From Spironucleus salmonicida (taxonomy: Eukaryota): 64,000 bases of DNA. Of the stretch, positions 53,621 to 64,000 are shown piece after piece. The position numbers and the translations under genes are program-made. The DNA lies in assembly GCF_000497125.1 (NCBI RefSeq), contig NC_090601.1, forward strand, positions 1,240,001 through 1,304,000, in the 5' to 3' direction. Position 1 is the stretch's first letter, and the number at the start of each line of letters is the position of its first letter. The notes beneath the pieces were generated by a model. It did not search any database, was not told the DNA's origin, and was given only the letters and a program-made list of their open reading frames with translations.

Positions 53621-54466
53621 ATGGAGTTCTTCAGACCAACCCCGGCACTTTTTCCAGAACTATATTAAGATGCAGCTGACACACTCAAGGAAATATTTAA
53701 TTAGAAAATACCGGACAGCATTAAATTAATAGAATTGATTTCAAAATTTAACTAAGACGAACGTGTGGAAATCGCATCTATTTACGGTTCGGAACTTCTT
53801 TTTGAATAAAGCAAAAAGGCATTTAAATCAGATTTTGAGAACCTCATTCTAGCGCTATTCACACCAAGATATCAAGTTTTTGCAAACCTTTTAAATACAT
53901 TATTTAAACGTCCTTCTACTCTACTTACAACGTTGGCATTCTGTATTTCGACTCCAGATGCAGAATGCCTGTTAAAAGTATAAAATTTCGCATCACTTTA
54001 TGAATAAAATTTTGGAAAGCTCGGCCCTGCATTTTTAACTAGAAAAGAAGACTGTAGTTCTGATATTCTTACGATAAGATAAGAGCTAGATAAATCTAGT
54101 TTTGAGTCAACTTTAATTCACGTATTATCTAATTTACATTTCTCATTTTATCAGTAATTCATTCTGTAAAATCCAGATATCAACGAAAAAATTAAGTGTG
54201 ATATTAGCAAAAATTACGAGGCTTATATATCTGCATCTGATGCGAAAAATGACATGTTCCGATAGGTAGCTAAATGCGTAAAATTGACTGTAAAAGGTCT
54301 TGGGACAAAAGATGATGAATTGATAGGGTTAACAGCAATTTTCGGGGACAGAATGCGAAACTAAATTATCAAAAAGAGCTATGATGGGGATATTGTCAAA
54401 GAACTAAAAAGCGACTTAAGTGGAGATTATGAGAGATGCATTTTAGCAGTATGGGGGTTGAAGTGA
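53621..54466 (+). CDS. Annexin (divergent), 281 aa
   Basis: FKSDFENLILAL and VKGLGTKDDELIGLTAIFGDRMR..ELKSDLSGDYERCILAVWG; similar to 35493-36434. Confidence 0.92.
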
Positions 54467-55544
54467 TACAAATTTTGAGTGGCTTAGATGGAATTAAGGT
54501 TAAATTATCAAAAATACTATGTATGAACTAATTATATAAGCAATTTTTATTAAGACGAAAATAATTTAGCCTAAAGTTTACATTTAAAATTGTCGACTGT
54601 ATATCATGTAGATATAAGAATTTATGTTATACTAAGATAGGAAATTTATAACATTTAATTTAACTCCATTATCTTCCTTTTACTATCCTTTAATTATAAT
54701 GAAGTATGATTTAAAGCGGCTCATAACTTTACATATAAAGTAATTTTCAAGATCTTTATCAATTATTCAAGAAATAAGAGGATTAGAAATATTAATATAG
54801 CGAGTATCTTAAAACCATATTCATCTTGTAAACTTAATTGTTTATCTGTATTCAATTTTACGTTTAGTTTTACACTTTTCCATAATCGATGAAGATATTT
54901 TTAATAAAATTATGTTGACAAAACTAATAATAAATTTATCCTTTTTTCTAAAACGATCATTTATTATATCTATAATCCTTAATCAAATGAAACTTAGAGC
55001 TTTTTGTTAATTATATCGAAATATTTCATAGTATATCGGATAATACGACTTAAAACAATTAAATAAACATAATATAAAAATAAGATAACAGCTAAATTAT
55101 TCCAACATAAATGAAAGTCGATAATAAATCATAATATAATTATTTCCTTAGGAACATAATAGAATATTATTAATTTCTTTAAAGTATTGAGTTTTTACAA
55201 GATAAAGTTGATTTTATAGTTTGAAACGTTTCTGAGTTATTATATTATTATATATCAAAATTAAAAGTTAATCTATAAGATGTATCAACATTTCTTTTAT
55301 TATTATTGGTATTAATATATTAATAATAAAAATAAAATTCACATTACTTTATTACTACCAAGTTTTAGTTTTAATCATTTATATTATTTAGAATGGTATT
55401 AAATATTATATAGTATTATATATTATCAAAACATAACTTGTTCTAATATAATGAAATAAATGTATAGAATACATTTTTACAAATTTTAGAGATTTCAATA
55501 ATTCTATATATTCCGATATAATAGTGAGTTGCAATAACAATAAA

Positions 55545-55985
55545 ATGTATTAAGAATGTCGTTAAGGACTTGACAAAGATGCCATTATGAAGTTTGCATT
55601 TAATTAAGATAAATTTTATATTAATAAGGTTAAATTTCAGAAATCTCCTTTTGTTATATAAGATCAAATGGCATCATGTAATTACCCGTAATTATTTTTT
55701 AATGTAATTAATGCACCAAAATATCATAAAGTATTGTTTGCTTCTAATAACATAGAAGACTATACTTTAGCAATAAGTAGTGCTAAAGAAGGGCCTAAAT
55801 CTTAACTTAATACTACACGCATTAAATTCACCTAAAGAAAGTTACTGACTCCTCTGGAAATCAAATCTAATCGATATAAAGCTTTACATAAGAGTTCGTA
55901 CACCAGACATGCGTAATGTAGATAACTATTAGATGATATTGTTATTGCAGATATTAAGGATTAAGTAAATTTGTTAGCATAATGA
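55545..55985 (+). CDS. Hypothetical protein, 146 aa
   Basis: MYQECRQGLDKDAIMKFAF...QVNLLAQ*; start uncertain. Confidence 0.5.
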
Positions 55986-56280
55986 ACATTATATGTGAAT
56001 ATTTTTCCAATATCAATTCATTAGTTATTTTTATAGACTAAAAAGGTTACTATAAGTATATTTGAAATCTTTTGAATTTTTAATGTAAAAATAGAATCAT
56101 ATGTTAGTAAATATGGTTTTTTAAATTTTCTTATTTCCATGATAATTTAATTTTAAAATTATTTATCCTTAATTTTTATTGAATGAAAGTTTTATGAAGA
56201 TAATACACTTATATTTAAACAAGCAAAACGCTAATACCAATTAAAAAAATACTATTTGTTTTAAAAAAACATTAATCAAC

Positions 56281-57549
56281 TCACTAACCAGATGTTTCAA
56301 AATTACTGGCTTCTTCTTTTAAAGTTTAAAACGTCTTACCACATAAGTTTATTAATTTCTTATAAAATGAATCGCATACTTTTTAAATCTCGGTATTATC
56401 TTTTATTAAGCCCATTTTATACTCTACATGACCTAAATAATGACAATTTGCTCCTTTTAATTCATCTCTAAAAATTGGCTCCAATATGCCTTTATTCCAA
56501 CCGTAAGAGCCAAAACTATAGCTGATTTTATACTCTAGTGAATCTGTAGATTAAAATAAATAGAGTAACTCTACCAATAAAGGGCTTATATCTTAATTAA
56601 AAACGGGAGAACCAATTATAAGCCCTTATGATTAATTCATTGAAAAAGCAATTTACGCCAATGGAGTTGTGCGTACAGAGTGAATATGTACGATAACTCC
56701 TTTTGAAGATAAAAACTAAGAAAATAGTTATGCTTATTTTACACTATTTCCATAAAGAGTATCGTAAGCGATAAGAACTGAAGGATTTTTTGGTATAGAA
56801 CAACACACATCTGTATATGCATCTATTGCTGCTTATACATAATTTACACCATGGAGATACATTCCATGTGCTGGCAAAATAGATTTTATGGTATACAATT
56901 CATCTTATAATTCAAAATCTTAAGATACTGCCTTAAATTTTTAAAGATTATCAAGTAATAAAGTCTTGTATGACCCAAAAATATTTTAAGCATAATCGGA
57001 CAATTCATTTTTAATCTCGTAAATAGTTTTTGAAGCTTAATCAGTTTCTGCACCGATTTATGAAAATAAATCGCTAGAAAATAGAATATGTTTATTAACA
57101 TAATACGTCATTGTTGAGTCTGGCCAATGCAGCAATGGAATTTATATGAACTTAAATTCTAATTCCCCTAGTTTCAATGTTTCCCGTCTTGATATAAGTT
57201 AAAATTTAAACTATATAATATCTGGATACAAAAACTTTAAAGTTTGAGCACATTTATGTGAACAATAAATAGTTGCATCCTCCAATACTCGTAAAAAAGG
57301 CAATAGGCTACCAGATGATTCTTATTCCGCATGATTAATAATTATGTGCTTAATATCTGATAGTTACGCGTGATACTAGATATTAATAAGAAACTGATGA
57401 AAATATGACTCAGGTACAGTATCAATAATAACAGTTTCGTTGTTATCCTTAATCATATACGAATTATAATTTATCCCATTAGAAAGATGTAATTTATGGA
57501 AATCCTACTCATTGTAATCAACAACACCTATAGTCTCAACTCCCTTCAT
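56281..57549 (-). CDS. fprA: A-type flavoprotein / flavodiiron protein (metallo-beta-lactamase + flavodoxin), divergent, 422 aa
   Basis: GINYNSYMI, IIDTV, IIINHAEQESSGS, LLHWPD, LFSSD, PAHG, YDTLYGNS, IGSP, FGSYGW. Confidence 0.9.
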
Positions 57550-57614
57550 TATTAAATAAACTAGAAGATATATATTATATTATAATTAATACATTACATA
57601 TTTAGAGTTATGTT

Positions 57615-57788
57615 TCACTAAATTACACTTAACACTGAAACGCAGTCTTGATGGTCAATACCTTGAGAAATCATCTTTACTTCGTCAAATGCTTCGTCAA
57701 AAATCTATTTTAACAATTCTTCGTCATTTTCAGTTTACTTTTATTTATTATCTATTAACTTGACTTTGCCTTATTTTGCTGATGACAT
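57615..57788 (-). CDS. Candidate micro-protein, 57 aa
   Basis: MSSAKQGKVKLIDNKQKQTENDEELLKQIFDEAFDEV...SVIQ*; ends TAG-TGA-AAC. Confidence 0.5.
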
Positions 57789-57900
57789 ATCACCCAAAAT
57801 AGCCTATGTTAAGTTATCAGCTAAATTTAGCAGGTTCTTTGTATCAGAATTCATTATTAAAATTAAATAAAGTTATATTACCATATAATAATAAATGTAA

Positions 57901-58182
57901 TCATTCGTCATCTTTTGATGGGATCTCCATGACAACTGGCTTAACTCCTTTGTACGCAACTACCTCGTCCCTAATTTTATCAGCACAAAACTTAGAGATA
58001 AAAACTACTGAAATATCATCTCTAGCCTTCAATTGCTTAAACGCCTCTAATATATCATTCCTTGGTGATTCCGAGGTAAACTCATGAAAGTTCTACCTAC
58101 CCTCAACATCCCTGCATCCAGCTCCGGACAATAAGAATCCAGAAACTGTAGCTGAATCAGCAATAACAGCGGCAACTGTCAT
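57901..58182 (-). CDS. VMA7: V-type ATPase subunit F, 93 aa
   Basis: AVIADSATVSGFLLSGAG..NF..ILEAFKQL..RDDISVVFI..ADKIR..P.VMEIPSKD. Confidence 0.92.
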
Positions 58183-58238
58183 TTTTTTGGATTAGGTAGG
58201 AGTGGAATGAAATACTTAATATTATACAATAAATAATA

Positions 58239-60650
58239 TCATTAGCCTTCGAAAAGTAACCTTCCCAAATCTCTATCTTCGCCCTCAGTCTATGAGTAAA
58301 TATATAAGTCCTTTATGATCTACCTCACAACTTACTAAATAACGGGATTTGCATTCAATGCAGGTTTCAAACAGATCTTAATTAGCTAGAAATAGTCATC
58401 AAAAAACGGGAATGCCCATAAAGCGATTATCAGCAAACCCATCTCGTCATCCTCGAAACAAACAATCTTGCTGGGATCTACTACAATTTCCTATAGAATT
58501 TCGGTAAAATTAGCTATATAAACAATGTAGCCAATGTTATCTCCGCCTTTTAAGAACATGTTGCCAATAAAGTTTGTAAAAAGTCGTAATTGCACAATTT
58601 ATTTCTCAATTCTTTCAGATTTTTCCAGCTCAGCAATCGCTTTTTCGCGCTCACTAACCTTGTTTTTGTTGCTCAGCCACCTCAAATACTGCATGAAAAT
58701 AACGTGAAGCTGGCCTGTTAAAGTGGTGTCGCAAACGAGCTTGAAGTCGCTCAGAGAGTCTGGAATATCAAAATGAACGCTATTCAGCATCTGGCTGTTC
58801 GGCTTCTGCGTCATGCTTGGAATGTAGCTGCTGATATCAATTGCAGGCGACTAATTCTGAATTGAATTCAATTTTCCGCTTCTATCCTGCAAAACCACTT
58901 TCTCGCAGTTTAGCTTCTCTTTAATCGTCAAAGTCTGGCTCATGCTGTTGCTCAAAACGTTGCAATCACCAGTGTAATCATCATTTTCCACTTATTTTGC
59001 ATCATTTTTCGCTCCAATTTCGACGAAAATATCATCAAACTTCGTGACCCCAAAGAACTAACTCGCAAACTGCGCCCTGCAAAGTAAAATTACGTTAACA
59101 CAGTTTCTTATTTTGTTGCTGCTGCTGAAATTTTGGCTTAGTGCATAGAACGCTGTTTCTTAAATACTCTAGAAGTACGAGTTCAAGTCCAGCTACATCA
59201 AATTTTGCTCCCTCTTTGTAGACGAAATCTGCGGCTTTTTGACCAAATTTTGATATTTCTGAGACCGGGAAACGAGCGAAATCGCGTTTCCAGCGTCCCG
59301 AATCTGAGCCGTTTTGGTCAGCAGGGCGTACGAATCCGCCGTATTCGAGCTGGTTTCGAGCATTTAATTGTTCCGCTCCACGTTTAGCATAATCCGCTGA
59401 ATTTGCTCATTTTTCATTTCATTTTAGGCTATAAGCAAATCGTCTTATGTCAGTTGGTCGAGTTTCTCATTCAGCTGATTTTCGAACAGGCGCTGGAACT
59501 GCTGCAGTTTCAGCTGCTTTTTCATGCATATGTACTTGTACAGATTAGCAGTCGCCTGGTATTTTATCTCGTTCTGCTCTAACGGCGTCAGGTCCTCAAA
59601 CTGCTTGTAAATTTTGCCGTTTCTGAGCATTTGGTTGTTCACGAAATACGTGCCCTGCTGGTCCGTCAGCTGCTTCAACTGCTGCTTCTGGGCCTGAATT
59701 TCGCGTTTTACTGCCAGCTTTTGGCTGTTCACCTCATCGTTCAGGAGGCGAATTTGCTCGATGTAGTTAAACAGCTTAATGACAGGAATCGAGGCTATTG
59801 AGGCTAGAATTTGCGTTATTTGGAGCTGCTGGTTGATTTTTGGAGGTTTTGGGGCCAAATCGTGGAGGGTGAGATCAGGTGTGGAGTGGGAGTTTTGATT
59901 AGCATATTAACTGATATAATGAGGATTTGACGCATTAAGTTGCTCGATATATCTGATATAACCGGCTTCATCGATGTCGTCAACCGAGTTCTCCCATACA
60001 TTTTAGATTTCCGTTCCTTAATTAGTCGCATTTTCGTAGATTTCGTCGAAAATTTAACTGGTCAAACCAATCGATTTTAGGGCCAAATTCTCGAAATTTA
60101 GCTCTTCCTGCGGCGAAAGTTCCATTTTTTGGATCAAATTCACCATTTCGATGACCTCGCAGATCCTGAAAATTTGCGAAAATTCCTTCGTCTTCCGCTT
60201 CTCGCCTATCTCAGTTTTGAAGACTTGGAGTGTCATCTCGAGCGAGTTGGAAAGCGATTCGCGGACTTTGAAAAAGTTGTTTTTCTCGTCAAAAATCGAG
60301 CTCGAAAGGTCTGGTTGTGACTGTTTAGAAGTGGATGAAAGCGCTATTATATAAGAATACGAATATAAGTCTAAAAGTGTGATTTTTTAATTTGAAAATG
60401 CAAATAAAATTTTACGTAAAATATCGGGTTTGGCGTATTCCTACGCTTGGTAAGGTTTTAGGAAACGTGCAGCGCACGTTAAGAAATGCGGGGATGTGCA
60501 GTTCAGATCAAAATTGATAAAAAGCTGGGTTTGCGGTGTGACATTTAACGGAGTGAGCTGAAGAAATGGGGTGCTTCTGGCGATATTTAAAAGCAATTCT
60601 GCAGGTGGGGAATGCGGGGAAGCATCTAGAAGCTATTTAGCAATTTTCAT
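58239..60650 (-). CDS. Hypothetical helical protein, 803 aa
   Basis: MKIAKQLLDASPHSPP...LLFEGQ*; ORF-track pieces 60054-60236, 59445-59858 and 58599-58814 are all in this frame. Confidence 0.8.
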
Positions 60651-60762
60651 TGCGGATAATGATGCGGAGGGGTTGTTATAGTTTAATATTATATAATAGT
60701 CTAATTAAAAAAGTTTTTATTTATTATATTAATATTATACATAATTTATCTAAATAACCATA

Positions 60763-61299
60763 ATGGAATAACTAAATCTATCTATTGAGAATTTATTGAA
60801 GTAATTCAAACTACACCCAACCATAGCATTAATACTGTTTCCACTGCTTACATAATAGCCAGAAGAGTATGCAGTATCCCTTAAAGAGTAGGTTCCAAAA
60901 TTTCTTCCAGAAACTCCAGATTATGTAATGGACTAGAAAATATATCTTCAACAATTTGCAGATTCTGTGGAATATCTATCTAAAAGTAATCTAGGAAATC
61001 TCATAGATTCAGAACTTAAAATACGCAAGCTTGCTGCAAAGGCTTCATTAAGCTTAATGAAGGATGATAAGTATAAAGATATTATAAGTTAACCAGAGGA
61101 ATTTCTATAAAAGATTTTTACTGAAATCGATCTTTAACCTGAGTATATAAATGGAGTAGTATAGAATGAAGTGATGTGGAATGGAAAACCAAAATTGGAA
61201 ATGATTGATACAATTCTAGCTTTTATAGGGGTAGTTTTAGTAGGAGTTTGGTTCTTATAAAAATATGGAGTTATAGATTAATTAATGAACATTTAGTGA
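60763..61299 (+). CDS. Hypothetical protein with C-terminal TM, 178 aa
   Basis: MEQLNLSIENLLKQF...ILAFIGVVLVGVWFLQKYG..*; ends TAG-TGA. Confidence 0.7.
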
Positions 61300-61452
61300 A
61301 TTATCTATTTTAATTAAGTATCATGCGTTTAGTTATTCGTAAAAAGATTAGAATAAATCTTTTAATAACCATTAATGAATAAAATTCATGAATTTAAGTA
61401 CATGATACCTTTTTAAATTATATGATTGCATTAATTGCTAAAATAAATTTTA

Positions 61453-63096
61453 TCACTTGAATGAGTTAATCATATTGATAACATTCATAACTACCCCAAC
61501 TGTACAAACCATAGCAGACACTCCAACTGCAGTCCATCCAATGGATTTTCTAACTTTACTAACATCAACTTTCTTTTCATCACTAGTATTTGTTTCATAA
61601 ACTGGCTGTGCCTCTTCTATAGCAAGCTAAATCTAACCCTCTTCTGAAGCTTCATAAACGGCAGCTGCAGCATCAGCTACTATATTGCTACTATTTTATG
61701 AAAAAGTACGCCTATACGTAGGTCCATCGGGAGTATTTATGATTGAAACTGTACGAGTTTTCAAGAAAGATATACCACGATCTTACTTTGTCTCTGTATC
61801 CGAAATATTCGTTTAATCTGGGTTATCCATGCCAAACATTTTAATGGACAGTGCACGAGCTCTATCAACTGACATGAAATTAGATAGAATAGGAACAATG
61901 ATAGGATCCACCATTTGCTCTGAGTCAGGCACCTCATCTAGGTGACGATTTTATTCTCTTAGCCTCGGAAGTTAAATTGCAAATATAATAGGTAGACAAA
62001 ATACATAGATAAATCCAGAAAGTGACGCAAATATACCAAAAATAACAACGATATTTTCATAAACAGCAGCTAAAGCGAAGGCTAATGTAACAAAAATGAA
62101 CGAAATAATGACGGATACTAAATATCCTTTTGTTGTATCCATAGTAAGTCCAAAAATTTATAATAGAGTTTCTTTAATAGGAAACACTACAAGTGGGAAT
62201 GAAATAATAACAACTATAGCATAAAGCAAGGCTAAGATATTAAAATACAATAAATTACATTTAGCGAAATTAATAAAAATATTGCTTTATATTTAGTCAC
62301 CAAACATTGCCGCGCCAAAATATCCAACCAATGCATAGAATATAGAAGCACCAGTAATTGCTATTCCTAATGAAACTTTGAGGATCTTCTTCTTGAAAAT
62401 AGGAGGGCCTTTAAGATCATTCAAAAGAGACGGTATACCATTATGACAGCCAAAATTACTCTAAATAGATGGAATATACATCAAAAATGTTAATATAGTA
62501 ATAAAAGGGCTGGACTAAGGGAAAGCTTAGATTTTATATAAAACATCTTTCCCATCAACTTTACAAATTTAACGAGCATCTAACTTAACGAAAAATATGG
62601 CAACAATACTTACTACAGTAATGAGAATGATAAAACTAGAAATAGAAGAAACTTTAGACAGGACCCCCATTGATTTTATTAGGCAAAGTGGGAAGATCAA
62701 CACAAAAGCTATAAGAGCTTTAGCAAGATATGTGTTAAAAGAATACTTCCCAACATTTTAAATAAAAGATACAACTGAGTTTGCAGAAATAATGACATAA
62801 CCTGTACAAAATCCATAAAATGAAACAATGATACACACATTAAGCAAAATTGCCATCTTCTTACCACATATTTTTGTTGTTACTTCCATATAGCTACGTG
62901 ATTGTGTATAGTGAACGGCCTCAGTAAATATGTTCAGCAAATATAAAACGAAAATATATACTCCAATGAAAACTATTGCTGAAAGTACAGCTCCCATCTG
63001 GAAAGTAATAAATGATATAGATAGTAATGAAGCTCCCATCATCTGTGATACCAATGAAAACGAGGTAGAAGCTTGATCTTTAATATTTTTAGGCAT
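61453..63096 (-). CDS. Amino acid transporter (Aa_trans/SLC38-like), 547 aa
   Basis: SFSLVSQMMGASLLSISF, NFGCHNGIP, GYFGAAMFG, ISFPLVVFP; many TMs. Confidence 0.92.
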
Positions 63097-63414
63097 TTAC
63101 GAAGTGAAAATTTTTATAAATGTATATGATTGATAACTAGATACCTAAAAGGCGATTTATTATTTTTTAACAATATCAATTTATTTCGTATAATTATAAT
63201 ATTATTTGAGATTAGATAATTAATTTAATTCATATTTCGAGTATTACGTTTGAATGAACATTATTTATATTATATACTCGACAAATTTATGTCATAAAAA
63301 ACTAATCTTAATTTTTCCAACTAGAGTTTTATAATTTTAAGCTAATATTTATAATATTTAAAATTAAATTTTATATAAAACTCTGTATTTTTCTTAACTG
63401 AAATTAATAGCATA

Positions 63415-63987
63415 TCACTTGGGTTTACCTTAAAAAATATCACACGGACCGCAAACGAGGTTACCACAGCTGTGACCGTGTGGGAGAACGTCTTGGCAGT
63501 CAACAGCGTTACAAGTGAAGTCAGAAGTAAGGAACTTAGTGTGGTCGACCTTTCCAGTAAGCTTGTTGCACGACATTTCGATGTTGGAGATTTGACCGGT
63601 AGGAACACTGGAAATCTTGTTAAAGCCAAAGAGCCCAAATGCAGTGGTGAGGCAAGTGGGAATTTCGGTAAGCTTATTCTTGGTGAGATCCACAGTGCAG
63701 AAAGCCTTGTCCTAGAAGGCATCAGGGTGGATGCTGGCGATCTTGTTATTCGGAAGGATGAGGGCGCTGAGGTGATCTAGGCTCCTGAGGGATGCGGGAA
63801 TGGTTCCAATGAGGTTATTGCCAGGAATCTTTATCGCGACAACATTAAATTTGCTATCGCAAGTAATGCCGTACCAGAGGCAGTAATTCGGATGTTCCAT
63901 CCAGTTGAGCTTAACCTTCCAGTTGTCTCCACCAGTTTTCTCATAGAAGTCCACAAGTGCGGTAACGCTCATTATGATCGCAGCCAT
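63415..63987 (-). CDS. CWP: Cyst wall protein homolog (LRR + Cys-rich C-terminus), 190 aa
   Basis: ALVDFYEKTGGDNWK..NW..CLWYGITC..GNNLIGTIP..IPTCL..SCNKLTG..TCN..CG, collinear with Giardia CWP architecture. Start lies near the window edge. Confidence 0.8.
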
Positions 63988-64000
63988 TTGTTAGGTCTGT

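Noticed and set aside
58400-58700. LRLFTNFIGNMF as a MIF4G/eIF4G-like signature
   Set aside because: A single short resemblance; the rest of the domain is not recognisable without a profile search.

Overview
Gene-dense, AT-rich eukaryotic DNA that uses the non-standard code in which TAA/TAG = Gln and only TGA stops (translation table 6). The supplied standard-code ORF track is therefore fragmented, and I re-translated the genes by hand. Code plus gene content (two annexins, a cyst wall protein, a cysteine-rich EGF-like membrane protein, a NEK kinase, eEFSec, a flavodiiron protein) and AG-TGA stop contexts point to a hexamitin diplomonad, most like Spironucleus (inference). I call 52 apparently intronless CDSs, a (TAT)34 microsatellite and one candidate structured ncRNA. 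No mobile element, CRISPR, rRNA or tRNA was seen. Best leads: (1) a k-turn/Sm-site-bearing, U4-like hairpin island at ~48.1-48.2 kb; (2) a 158-aa protein made of two tandem E2F DNA-binding domains; (3) a membrane-anchored, bacterial YkwD-type CAP domain lacking its conserved histidines; (4) a flavodiiron protein with altered iron ligands; (5) a three-member orphan family with a near-identical 97-nt core. Family assignments rest on motif recognition by eye, not database searches.
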